Assembly (NCBI GenBank): GCA_965246965.1
Contig: CBDFGD010000001.1
Coordinates: 12,503-76,502 of the forward strand
Source: Vicinamibacteria bacterium
Lineage (GTDB): Bacteria; Acidobacteriota; Vicinamibacteria; Fen-336; CBDFGD01
DNA: 64,000 bases
Direction of reading: 5' to 3'
How positions within the stretch are numbered: position 1 is the stretch's first letter; every line of letters starts with the position of its first letter. The notes beneath the pieces are model-generated. The model saw nothing but the letters and a program-made list of their open reading frames with translations, was not told the DNA's origin and did no database searches. The translations under genes and the position numbers were made by a program. Shown one piece after another: positions 16,999 to 25,817 of this stretch.

Positions 16999-18414
16999 CT
17001 AGAAGATGAAGTAGATGAACGGGTTGTACCCCTGGCTCGCCATGGCCATGAGGGCCAGCCCGAGACAACCGAGCGCCAGGGAGGCACGGCGGAGGGTGAG
17101 TCGTCGCGTCCAGTCCCACGTCTGCGGGCAGCTCCAGGTCACCAGGGCGGCCACGGCGAGGCAGACGAGGAAGTAGGGTGCATAAATGATGCCGGCGAGC
17201 AGACTCGCCTCGGGGCGAACCTCGGTCAGTCCGAACATCGCGGCCAGGTAGCTCCCTGCGCTCGCGATGTCGGGAGCGCGGAAGAACACCCAGGTGATCA
17301 GCACGCCGGTGAAGGTGAGTGCAACGCGCAGCGGATAGGGCAGTCCGGCGTAGAGGCTGCGCTTGCCGTGCGCCCGCTCCGCCGCGAGCCACGCGCCGTG
17401 CAGGCCGCCCCATACGACGAAGTTCCACGCCGCGCCGTGCCACAAGCCCCCCAGCAGCATCACGATGGCGAGGTTGACGTAGGTCCGCCACGCTCCCTTG
17501 CGGTTGCCACCGAGCGGCAGGTACAGGTAGTCGCGCAGCCAGTTCGAGAGCGAGATGTGCCAGCGGCGCCAGAAGTCGGTGAGCGACTCGGCCTGGTAGG
17601 GGGAGTTGAAGTTCTTCGGCAGCACGAAGCCGAACATCAGGGCGAGCCCGATCGCCATGTCGGAGTAGCCGCTGAAATCGAAGTAGATCTGGAACGAATA
17701 GGCGAGCACGCCCACCCAGGCGTCGAGCGGGACGAGTGACCCGGCATCGAACGTGGCGTCGGCGACGAAGCCGCACGGGTTGGCGAGCAGCACCTTCTTC
17801 GACATCCCCAGGCTGAAGAAAGCGACGCCGCGCGCGAATTTCTGGATCGTGTGCGTCCGCTCTCTCAGCTGATCGGCGATCTCCGAGAAACGGATGATCG
17901 GCCCGGCCACGAGCTGAGGGAAGAGCGAGACGTAGCACGCGAAGTCGATGAAGTTCGAGAGCGGCTGGGTCCTGCCCCGATAGATGTCGAGCGTGTAGGA
18001 CATCGACTGGAACGTGTAGAAGCTGATTCCGAGCGGAAGCACGACGCGCAGTCCGACTTCAGGTTGCAGGTGGGCGAGCCCGACACCGGCGAGGAGCGCC
18101 CCGGCGCTGTCGACCGCGAAGTTGAAGTACTTGAAGAAACCCAGAAGCGACAGATTGCTCATCACGGAGACCGTGATCCAGGCGCGGCGTCGGCGCGCGG
18201 CATCCGGCGGTGCGGAGCCGAGCTGTCGGCCGGCGACGAAGTCGATCGCGGTCGACAGCAGCATCAGGCCCATGAACGCGGGGTTGGCCCACCCGTAGAA
18301 GCCGTAGCTCGCGAGCGTCAGCCACAGATGGCGGCCGCGGTGGGGCAGCAGGTAGTAGACGAGCAGCGCCGCCGGCAGGAAGTAGAAGACGAAGAGGTGG
18401 GAGCTGAAGACCAT
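16999..18414 (-). CDS. MBOAT-family membrane O-acyltransferase (AlgI/DltB-like)
   Basis: MVFSSHLFVFYFLPAALLVYY..., FKYFNF, ISFYTFQSMSYTLD, FWRRWHISLSNWLRDYLYLPLGGNR (catalytic His block). Confidence 0.9.
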   Translation of the reverse strand: MVFSSHLFVFYFLPAALLVYYLLPHRGRHLWLTLASYGFYGWANPAFMGLMLLSTAIDFVAGRQLGSAPPDAARRRRAWITVSVMSNLSLLGFFKYFNFAVDSAGALLAGVGLAHLQPEVGLRVVLPLGISFYTFQSMSYTLDIYRGRTQPLSNFIDFACYVSLFPQLVAGPIIRFSEIADQLRERTHTIQKFARGVAFFSLGMSKKVLLANPCGFVADATFDAGSLVPLDAWVGVLAYSFQIYFDFSGYSDMAIGLALMFGFVLPKNFNSPYQAESLTDFWRRWHISLSNWLRDYLYLPLGGNRKGAWRTYVNLAIVMLLGGLWHGAAWNFVVWGGLHGAWLAAERAHGKRSLYAGLPYPLRVALTFTGVLITWVFFRAPDIASAGSYLAAMFGLTEVRPEASLLAGIIYAPYFLVCLAVAALVTWSCPQTWDWTRRLTLRRASLALGCLGLALMAMASQGYNPFIYFIF

Positions 18415-18523
18415 GCGTAGCGTGGGCCGTAGCCCGACTCACAGGCTAACCGACGCCGGCGATCGAGCCTCACTCGCCCTGCCGGTGGCCCCCCGACTCG
18501 GGCGCTATGCTTCCCTCAGACTC

Positions 18524-19204
18524 ATGTATCGCCAGGGGCTCAAGGAAGCGTACTTCGCAGTCAATCGCGTGCTCAGCTTGCCAGCCGGCATGCTCGCGCG
18601 CGTCAAGTACCTGCGTCCGCCGCCCTCGGGATACCGCATCCACCTGGGCTGTGGCCCGGTTCGCATCGAAGGCATGATCAACATCGATGGCTATATCGGG
18701 CGCGACGTCGACTTGTGGACCGACCTGCGCAACCGACTGCCGTTCCCCGATCGCTCCGTGTCGGTCGCCTACTCGTCGCACGTCATCGAGCACTTCTACC
18801 CTGATGAAGCGCTGTCGCTGCTTCGGGAGGTCCGTCGCGTTCTACGCGATGACGGCGTCGCCCGCATCGCCGTGCCAAGCATGGAATACGCCGCCGAGAT
18901 TGCCGCCGGCAGGGCCAGCGCCAGCTTCCCCCGCGCGTTTGACGATCCCGTGGCCCAGGCCGTGAACTACCTGTTCTGCGACGGCCAGCACAAGTACGCC
19001 TACAGCTGGGGCCTGATGCGGGAGATGGCGCGGCAGGCGGGCTTCGGCGACATCGTCCACTGGAGCGCCGAGCACGGCGTGAACCCCAGAAGCTACGCTG
19101 GACTGACACTCGGCAACGAGCCGGATGGGATCGCTCGTCGTCGAGCTCAGACGTTGAGCCCGACGACGAGCGACGCGCGACCCACCTCAGGGCATCGTCA
19201 ATAG
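18524..19204 (+). CDS. class I SAM-dependent methyltransferase (Methyltransf_11-like)
   Basis: IHLGCGPVRIEGMINID, SVSVAYSSHVIEHF, LLREVRRVLRDDGVARIAVP. The start is taken at the internal ATG (MYRQGLKE). The C-terminus may be frameshifted near 19127-19131: the alternative frame reads ...EPDGSLVVELRR* and stops at 19155-19157. Confidence 0.75.
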   Translation: MYRQGLKEAYFAVNRVLSLPAGMLARVKYLRPPPSGYRIHLGCGPVRIEGMINIDGYIGRDVDLWTDLRNRLPFPDRSVSVAYSSHVIEHFYPDEALSLLREVRRVLRDDGVARIAVPSMEYAAEIAAGRASASFPRAFDDPVAQAVNYLFCDGQHKYAYSWGLMREMARQAGFGDIVHWSAEHGVNPRSYAGLTLGNEPDGIARRRAQTLSPTTSDARPTSGHRQ

Positions 19205-20718
19205 AGCTGCGTACAGATCGATGGCGTACCAGAGGTTGGCGATGCGAAGATTCTCATCCGGAGCGTGCTGGTTGTTGTCGTGATTCGCCACGGGAACGAT
19301 GATGGCCGGCTTCTGCGCCACCTCGGTGAACAGATGGAGCGGCAGCGTTCCTCCCATCCCGGGCGCTTGTCCAAACGCGCGATCGGCGGCAAGCTCGGCC
19401 GCGGCGACGACGCGTACGGGTTGGCCATCGAGGTGCGCGCGGCGACGGACCTGCCGCCACCGGTGACCTTGGCGATCCTCGGGTGGTTGCGGCGCGTCTC
19501 GAGATCCGGGTCCTCGGACACGACGTGGAAGCCCTGCCTCTCGATGTGGTCGACGATCAGCTGACGCAGGTGCGAGGGATCGTTCCCCTTCACGAGGCGA
19601 ATGCCCAGCGCCGCCACGGCCGTGTTGGGGATCACGTTGCGGCCGAGCGCGCCGGTGTTGCCGCTCGTGATGCCTCGGACATTGAGAGCCGGAAGCAGCA
19701 GCCGTTCCTGGAGCTTCTCGGGCTCGCCCTCGGTGCGGGCGAGCCCCAGCTCTCGCTTCAGCTGGACATCCCAATCAGGCATGGCCTCGAGCGCGGCGCG
19801 CTCTTCGGCGCCGATCGGTTCGGCGCTGTCGTACCAGCCCTCTACGAGAACGCGGCCCTCGTCGTCCTTCGTGGATGCGAGTAGCCGAGCCAGCAGGTTG
19901 CCCGTGTCGGGCGCCCAGTTGCCGTAGTGCCCCGAGTGAAGATTCCGCGTGGCCCCGAAAACCGTCACCTCCATACCGATGGAGCCGCGCACGCCAAACG
20001 TCAGCTGCGGGCGGCCACTCGGATGGGCGGGCCCGTCGAAAAAGAGCCAGATGTCGATGGGCTCGATGCGGTCCTTCCATCGCTGCATGTAGGCGCCGAG
20101 GTGAGGCGAGCCCGCCTCTTCCTCCCCGTCGAAGAAGAAGATCAGGTTCGACGTGGGCGTGACGCCCGCCTCCTGAAACGCGCGGAGCGCCGTGAGCAGC
20201 GCCGCGATTGGCGCCTTGTCGTCGCCGGCGGAGCGGGCATAGAGACGCCATTCGGGATCGACGGCTTCTCCTTCGGACGGAAGTGAGCGCGGCACGCCGC
20301 CCGCCTCGATCGCCGACGTGTAAAGGGTCGGCTCGAACGCCGGGTGCGTCCAGTTCGACGGATCGACCGCCTGCCCATCGTAGTGCACGTAGATTCCCAG
20401 CGTCCGCTCGTCGCCGGCCAGCTTCAGCTCACCGTAGACGATGGGCGGAGCCCCGTCGATCTGCAGCAGCTCGGAGGCGGCGCCCGCGGCGGCCAGCTCA
20501 TCTCTGATGTAGCCGGCTGCGCGCTCGATGTCCGCCGTGTCGCGTGCGCGGTTCGGGTAGGTGAGCAGCTCGGCGAAGTCGCGAAGGATCGCTGCCTCGT
20601 TGGCCTCGCGATACGCGCGCGCGACGTCGGGGCCCGACTGTGCATGGATGGCCGCTGGGGCCCCGAGCCAGAAGGCGATGGCGGCGACGCTGGACGCTGA
20701 GCAGGTGCGTGGGGTCAT
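19187..20718 (-). pseudogene. M20-family metallopeptidase (secreted dipeptidase-like), frameshifted near the C-terminus
   Basis: Signal peptide ...APAAIHAQ. M20 blocks are present (GIYVHYDGQ, SAGDDKAPIAALL, FFFDGEEEAGSP). After ...ARTSMANPY the conserved tail (VRVVAAAELAADRAFGQ...LHLFTEVAQKPAIIVPVANHDNNQHAPDENLRIANLWYAIDLYAALL) is in the frame of ORF 19187..19774. The shift is at about 19405-19425. Confidence 0.8.
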
Positions 20719-20801
20719 GGATCCTGTCCCTCTTCGCTATCTCGGCGTCATTGAATCAGGCGTGTGCGTGCGCCCGTAGGATGACGCTCGATAACCATCC
20801 T

Positions 20802-21902
20802 TGGGGGTCTCCATTTAACCGGAGGAGTCCAGGTTGGCAGTTCTCCACGGGCGGTTCGCTGGAGAGCGCTCCAGGCTCGGCGGGTGCCCGCGCGCCTGCG
20901 GCTGCGAGGGCGGCACTGCCCGGGGCCGCTGGGTGGCGATGAGGTCCTGGTAGCGCACCGGGTCGTGGGCGACGGCGAGCTCGAGCACTCGGTAGAACAC
21001 CATCCCGCGGCTGCGGGAGGTGCGGCGGTTGAAGCGGAACGCGAACTCATTCAGGTAGCTGGCCAGGTGCGCGTCGTTCACCGAGCCCTGGTGGGTACCC
21101 AGCAACCACCGCTTGGCTAGCGAGGCGACCCGGTGCACTGCGGGCAGTAGCTCACCGGGATCCTCCCCGCGGGTTCGGGCGGCCCGCTGGCTGCGCCGGT
21201 CGTGGACGTAGCCGAGCTTCTCCAGCCCGCGGTAGCCCTGCCAGCCGTCGGTGACGACCCTCGCGCCCGGCTCGACGTGAGCCGTTACAAAGGCGTGCAA
21301 CGAGGCGGCCGACGCATCGGTCAGCGGCAGCATCCGGCACCGTCCGAATCCTCTCGGCTCCCGGACCTCCACCGCGATCCCGGTCAAAACCTTCTTGCCT
21401 TTGGCCCGGCCGCCGCGCAGCCCCGCCTCCTCACCGCCGATGTAGGTCTCATCTACCTGTACCATCCCGGCCAGCCGGTCCCGGCCCGGGCGCACCAGCA
21501 CCGACCTCAGCCGATGGAGCATCGCCCACGCGGTCTGGTAGGAGCCGATCTCCAGCGTCCGCTTCAGGCTCAGCGCCGAGATCCCGTCCTTGCCGGTGGC
21601 GAACAGCCAGCAGGCGGTGAACCAAACCGTTAGCGGCGTGCGCGTCCGGTCAAAGATCGTGCCCGCTGTCACCGACGTACGGCCGCCGCACCCTGAGCAC
21701 ATGAAGCGACCGTCGCCCAGCCGCCAGCCCCCATCATGGCCGCAGTCCAAGCAGGCGAAGCTGGCGGGCCACCGCAGCCACTCCAGGCAGTCCACATCGG
21801 TCCGGAACCAGGCCTGGAACTCGCCCACGGACCGCGGATAGTGCGTGCCAGCACGAGGCTGATCCACCGGCTCAGTTTACACCGGTTAAATGGATACCCC
21901 CG
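20802..21902 (-). mobile_element. IS1595-family (ISXO2-like) insertion sequence, apparently intact
   Basis: Terminal inverted repeats TGGGGGTCTCCATTTAACCGG and CCGGTTAAATGGATACCCCCG match at 19 of 21 positions. There is an 8-bp direct repeat ACCATCCT at 20794-20801 and 21903-21910. The single transposase ORF fills the element. Confidence 0.85.
20815..21867 (-). CDS. IS1595-family transposase (zinc-ribbon plus ISXO2-like DDE domain)
   Basis: CLDCGHDGGW...CSGCG zinc ribbon. QVDETYIGGEE and VTDGWQGY blocks. Confidence 0.9.
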   Translation of the reverse strand: MDQPRAGTHYPRSVGEFQAWFRTDVDCLEWLRWPASFACLDCGHDGGWRLGDGRFMCSGCGGRTSVTAGTIFDRTRTPLTVWFTACWLFATGKDGISALSLKRTLEIGSYQTAWAMLHRLRSVLVRPGRDRLAGMVQVDETYIGGEEAGLRGGRAKGKKVLTGIAVEVREPRGFGRCRMLPLTDASAASLHAFVTAHVEPGARVVTDGWQGYRGLEKLGYVHDRRSQRAARTRGEDPGELLPAVHRVASLAKRWLLGTHQGSVNDAHLASYLNEFAFRFNRRTSRSRGMVFYRVLELAVAHDPVRYQDLIATQRPRAVPPSQPQARGHPPSLERSPANRPWRTANLDSSG

Positions 21903-21908
21903 ACCATC

Positions 21909-22982
21909 CTAATCGGAGCCAGCCGACGTCGTGGTCGAAGCGCGCCGAGATCCGGGAAACGGTGCCGGCTCGGGTCCCCGCTCGCCGTACTCGAGCCCTT
22001 GGCGACGCAAGCCGCTGAGCCAGCCGTGCAAGCCCTCAGCCTGCCAGGGGCGAATCAGGCCGGTACGAGAACTGGGCCAGTCGTCGTCCAGGAGCCCCTT
22101 CAGCGTCATCTGGAGCGGAATCACCGGCATGCGCTGATCGCGGCCGATGACCCACGCCGAAGCGTGGCGCTTCGCTCGGTCCCAGACGCTCACGTGTAGG
22201 CAGCCGCGCGGATCGCCGAAGAGGCCGAAGGGCCTCGTCGCCCATGCGATCAGTCGCGCCAGCGTCGGCCGCGCGATCGCCGCCATGATCCGGTAGCCCA
22301 GCTCGGCCTGAAACGCCACGGTGAACTGCGCCTCGAGTCCCAGCTCTTCGCGCATGAGCGGCGCGTCCGGCGAGTCGAACAAAAAAGCGGTGCGCTTCCC
22401 GAACGGCAGTTCCACACGGATCCGTTCGCGAGAGCCGGAGACGCAGGCGCGCGCGATGGAGCCCACTCCCTTGCGGTTGCGATTGCCGATGTAGAGCGTG
22501 ACCATCGCGGCTCTGGCCTCCGGCAACATCTCCAGGCAGCGCCGCGCCAGAACCGCGCTGACCGCCGGCGTGGACGAGAGCCCGGGCGCCACCGCCACGC
22601 CGGCCGCGCGCGCGCGCTGGTCGAGAGCCGTGTCCTGCAACAACCGCATGACCCACTCGCGGTCGTCGCTGATGTCGAGCCAGTGCACACCAGCCGCCAC
22701 CGCGGCGGCCGGCAGCCCCGGTGACAGCCGGCTGAACGGGCCCGCCGTGCAGGCTACCGCGGCGTGTCCTCGGGCAGCCTCGGTCAGAGCCGCGGGATCG
22801 CGCAAGTCGATGGTGCGGACGGCGCAGCGGCCACCCAGCCTACTGGCGACGCGGCGCAGCGGTCCCGGGGACCGTCCCGCGAGCGTCAAGCGGCACGTCG
22901 TGTTCTCGATCAGATCCGTCGCCAGGCGCGTCCCAAAGACGCCGCTGCCACCGGCGATCAGGATTCGTGGTTCGTCGATCAC
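21909..22982 (-). CDS. saccharopine dehydrogenase-like NAD(P)-binding protein
   Basis: The GTG start overlaps the upstream stop (GTGA at 22979-22982). Rossmann motif ILIAGGSGVFG. The rest is colinear with the SDH-like family. The upstream half of the 681-aa track ORF is shadow sequence. Confidence 0.75.
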   Translation of the reverse strand: MIDEPRILIAGGSGVFGTRLATDLIENTTCRLTLAGRSPGPLRRVASRLGGRCAVRTIDLRDPAALTEAARGHAAVACTAGPFSRLSPGLPAAAVAAGVHWLDISDDREWVMRLLQDTALDQRARAAGVAVAPGLSSTPAVSAVLARRCLEMLPEARAAMVTLYIGNRNRKGVGSIARACVSGSRERIRVELPFGKRTAFLFDSPDAPLMREELGLEAQFTVAFQAELGYRIMAAIARPTLARLIAWATRPFGLFGDPRGCLHVSVWDRAKRHASAWVIGRDQRMPVIPLQMTLKGLLDDDWPSSRTGLIRPWQAEGLHGWLSGLRRQGLEYGERGPEPAPFPGSRRASTTTSAGSD

Positions 22983-23671
22983 AACCCGGCACTCGACGGT
23001 CGCCGCCCGCTCGATGCCGGATCCGCGGCCCACCGGGCGATCGCCAGCGACCAGGCCACCACCGCTGGCATCAGGACGCCTGTCCCGATCATCTGACCCA
23101 GCGGGGTGTCCAGCCAGGTCGCCCCACTGAGCAGGGCGCCCGCCGCGATACAGACGCTGGCGAGTCGGCGGAGAGCCGGCGGCCAGGCCTGCCAGAAGGA
23201 GATCGCGGCGCCGGCGAATGCGACGGTGTAGAGCCCATTGGCGGCCAGGCCGGTGAGCTGACTGCCCCAAACCTGGAGTGCATCGAAGCGCTCGACGCTG
23301 ATGCCGTGGACGCCCGCCGACCCGATGAACGCCCATTGGCCGCTCAGATCGCACGCGATCCCACAGATCAGGGCCGCGAGGCTGCCGCGCCACAACCACC
23401 GAAACGGATGAGCCCGGCGGCGCCGCGCCTCCCGGAACAGGCGAACGAGGAGCCACCCGAGCGACAGCGCCGCGGGGTGCCAAAGCAACCAGGCGGCGGT
23501 CCATCCGACGCGGTGTGCCGCCACCCAGCGCATACGCTCGTCGGCGCCCAGCTCGCCGGTCGGCAGCCCCGGCACGATCCAGACGAGCATCCCGGTCGCC
23601 GCTAGACCGTGGGTGATCGCATTCGCCCGCGCGGCGCTGACCAGACTGCTTCCCGAACCTGTGTCGGGCAC
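22979..23671 (-). CDS. hypothetical integral membrane protein
   Basis: 230 aa with about 6 hydrophobic segments. It starts 4 nt after the S9 peptidase stop and overlaps the next gene, which suggests an operon. Confidence 0.6.
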   Translation of the reverse strand: MPDTGSGSSLVSAARANAITHGLAATGMLVWIVPGLPTGELGADERMRWVAAHRVGWTAAWLLWHPAALSLGWLLVRLFREARRRRAHPFRWLWRGSLAALICGIACDLSGQWAFIGSAGVHGISVERFDALQVWGSQLTGLAANGLYTVAFAGAAISFWQAWPPALRRLASVCIAAGALLSGATWLDTPLGQMIGTGVLMPAVVAWSLAIARWAADPASSGRRPSSAGL

Positions 23672-23674
23672 GGC

Positions 23675-25720
23675 TCAGGGATTGCTGGATTGCCGATACT
23701 TCTCGAACCATGCGAGGACGTGCGTGACTTTGGCGATCAGCTGGCTGGGGCGCGCCACGATGTTGTGCGAGGCGCCGGGGATGCGGACGAGCCCGGTGTC
23801 GATCCGGCGTAGCTTCAGGGCGTGGAAGAACTGTTCGGCTTCGGAGAGCGGGGTCCTGAGGTCGGTGGTGCCGGCCATGAGCAGCGTCGGCGTCGTTACG
23901 TTTCCGACCAGTGAGATGGGAGAGAACTTCATATACGCCTCCGGGTTCTCCCACGGAGAACCCGGATAGCGATACTCGTGGTAGGCGTAGTAGTTGTCGG
24001 CGACGAGGACCTTGCTGTACCAGTTGATGACGGGTTTCGCGGCCACGGCCGCGGTGAAGCGTGAAGTTTTTCCGACGATCCAGGCCGTCATGATTCCGCC
24101 TGCGCTGCCCCCGGTCACGAACAGGTTGCGCTCGTCGATGAAGCCCTTTTCGATGACGGCGTCGACGCCGGAGATGAGATCGTCGTAGTCCTGGCCGGGG
24201 TAGTTGTGGTGCAGCAGGTTGCCGAACTCTTCGCCGTAGCTCGTGCTCCCGCGTGGGTTGGCGTAGAGGACGACGTAGCCGGCCGCGGCGTAGAGCTGGA
24301 TCTCGGCCGAAAAGCGATCGCCGTAATTCGAGATCGGTCCGCCGTGAATTTCGAGAATCAGCGGGTACTTGCGGCTCGCATCAAAACCGGGCGGCGTGAC
24401 GAGCCAACCCTGGACCTTGCGGCCGTCGTGGCTGGAATCCCACCAGAGCTCCTCGACCTTGCCGAGCTGCCTGTGGCCGAGAAGGTCCGCATTGAGCCAG
24501 GTCAAGCGTGTCGTGCCCGACTCATCCCGACCTCCGACGACCACGTCCGCCGGATGAGTGAGTGTTCCGAACGTGTAGGCGAAACGCCCCTGCTGGGAAA
24601 CGGAGAACGAACCGCCCCCGTAGGGTCTGCCGTACGAGGTGCCACCGAGGCTCTCGGCCAACACCCGGATCTCGCCGTCGAGGTTCGCGTGGGCGAGCTT
24701 CGTGTTGCCCTCGCTGTCGTAGTCAAAGAAGATGCCGCGCCCGTCAGGCGCCCAGACCGGATTGGCCGCGTCCCGATCCAGATCCGCCGTGAGCGCCCGC
24801 GCGTCGCTGCCGTCCCGATTCGCGACGTAGAGCTGGGTCACCTGATACGTCTGTACTCGGTCGTCGAAGCCCAGGTAGGCGATCCGCTTGCCGTCGGGCG
24901 AGATCGTCGGGCTGCGATCCGGGCCGTTGCGTTCGGTCAAAGCCTGGATCGAACCGTCGGCGAGGGACACCGAGTAGATCTCGGAGTTGCGGAACTCGTA
25001 CTCCCAGTCGGCGTTGCGATTCGCCGAGAAGAGCAGCGCATCGCCGGCGGGCGCCCACGCCGGGGTCGAACGGTGTTCGAAGGTGCCGGTCGTGAGCTGG
25101 CGCGGCGTGCCGCCCTCTGCTGGTAGCACGAAGAGCTGGTGGTAGCCATGCTCGAGATAGCCGACGCCGTCGGCTCGGTTGCGCAGACGCACGATGTATT
25201 TCGGCTCGTCGGCCCACTCGGCACCCTTCGGCTTCTTCGGGAGTGCCGCCAGTCGCGGCGCCGCGGCAGGCACGAGCATCGAGAATGCCAGTTGAGTCCC
25301 ATCAGGTGAGAACGTGAGGCCTCGCGGGGAACGAGTCAGCTGGCTGATCTTCGCCGTCTGCCCCGAGTCCATCCAACGCAAATGGACCTGCGAGGAGCCG
25401 GCCTCGTTCGAAACGTACGCGAGCCGCTGTCCGTCCGGCGACCACCGCGGGGAAGACTCCCGACCGCCTCCAGTGCTCAGGCGTCGATGGCCCTTGCCGT
25501 CGCTCCCGACGATCCACAGCTCGGCGCGCCTGCGATCCTTCATGACGTCCATCGAGTTGCGGACGTAGACGACTCGCGAGCCGTCCGGTGAAATCTGTGG
25601 GTCCGTGGCCCACTCCAGCTCAAAGACGTCCATGAGGTCGAACCGGGCGGGTGTTTCTCCGGCCCGGCTGGTCGCCGCCGCGGCGACACTGAGGAGGGTG
25701 ATGCAAAGCGTCAGTCTCAT
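23675..25720 (-). CDS. S9-family serine peptidase (prolyl oligopeptidase/acylaminoacyl-peptidase type) with N-terminal beta-propeller
   Basis: Signal peptide. PD40-like repeats (ISPDGSRVVY, WSPDGQRLAY, FSPDGTQLAF, ISPDGKRIAY). Catalytic GGSAGG, then ...D...H near the C-terminus (GASHNI). Confidence 0.9.
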   Translation of the reverse strand: MRLTLCITLLSVAAAATSRAGETPARFDLMDVFELEWATDPQISPDGSRVVYVRNSMDVMKDRRRAELWIVGSDGKGHRRLSTGGGRESSPRWSPDGQRLAYVSNEAGSSQVHLRWMDSGQTAKISQLTRSPRGLTFSPDGTQLAFSMLVPAAAPRLAALPKKPKGAEWADEPKYIVRLRNRADGVGYLEHGYHQLFVLPAEGGTPRQLTTGTFEHRSTPAWAPAGDALLFSANRNADWEYEFRNSEIYSVSLADGSIQALTERNGPDRSPTISPDGKRIAYLGFDDRVQTYQVTQLYVANRDGSDARALTADLDRDAANPVWAPDGRGIFFDYDSEGNTKLAHANLDGEIRVLAESLGGTSYGRPYGGGSFSVSQQGRFAYTFGTLTHPADVVVGGRDESGTTRLTWLNADLLGHRQLGKVEELWWDSSHDGRKVQGWLVTPPGFDASRKYPLILEIHGGPISNYGDRFSAEIQLYAAAGYVVLYANPRGSTSYGEEFGNLLHHNYPGQDYDDLISGVDAVIEKGFIDERNLFVTGGSAGGIMTAWIVGKTSRFTAAVAAKPVINWYSKVLVADNYYAYHEYRYPGSPWENPEAYMKFSPISLVGNVTTPTLLMAGTTDLRTPLSEAEQFFHALKLRRIDTGLVRIPGASHNIVARPSQLIAKVTHVLAWFEKYRQSSNP

Positions 25721-25817
25721 CTGAGCTCCTTCGGTTGCTCGGAAGGCTCTCCCGCCCGCCGAGCGTCGGTAGGCTACACCGCGCGAGCCTCGCGGATGAG
25801 GTCGGGTCGAGCGGGGG

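Noticed and set aside
14369-17938. A 1189-aa ORF suggesting one giant protein
   Set aside because: Its upstream third is an out-of-frame shadow of the MBOAT gene (16999-18414). The MBOAT frame gives a canonical protein and stops at 16999. The AlgJ-like protein has its own ATG at 16996 followed by a TM segment.
21909-23954. A 681-aa ORF, and similarly 36248-37876, 46308-49901, 49856-51385, 31515-33098, 39966-41717 and 60609-63797, with long Arg/Pro-rich N-terminal extensions
   Set aside because: The extensions overlap better-supported genes in other frames or on the other strand. They have Arg/Pro/Ala-rich shadow composition typical of high-GC DNA. Each has an internal start with an SD and a sensible N-terminus (signal peptide or first conserved block).
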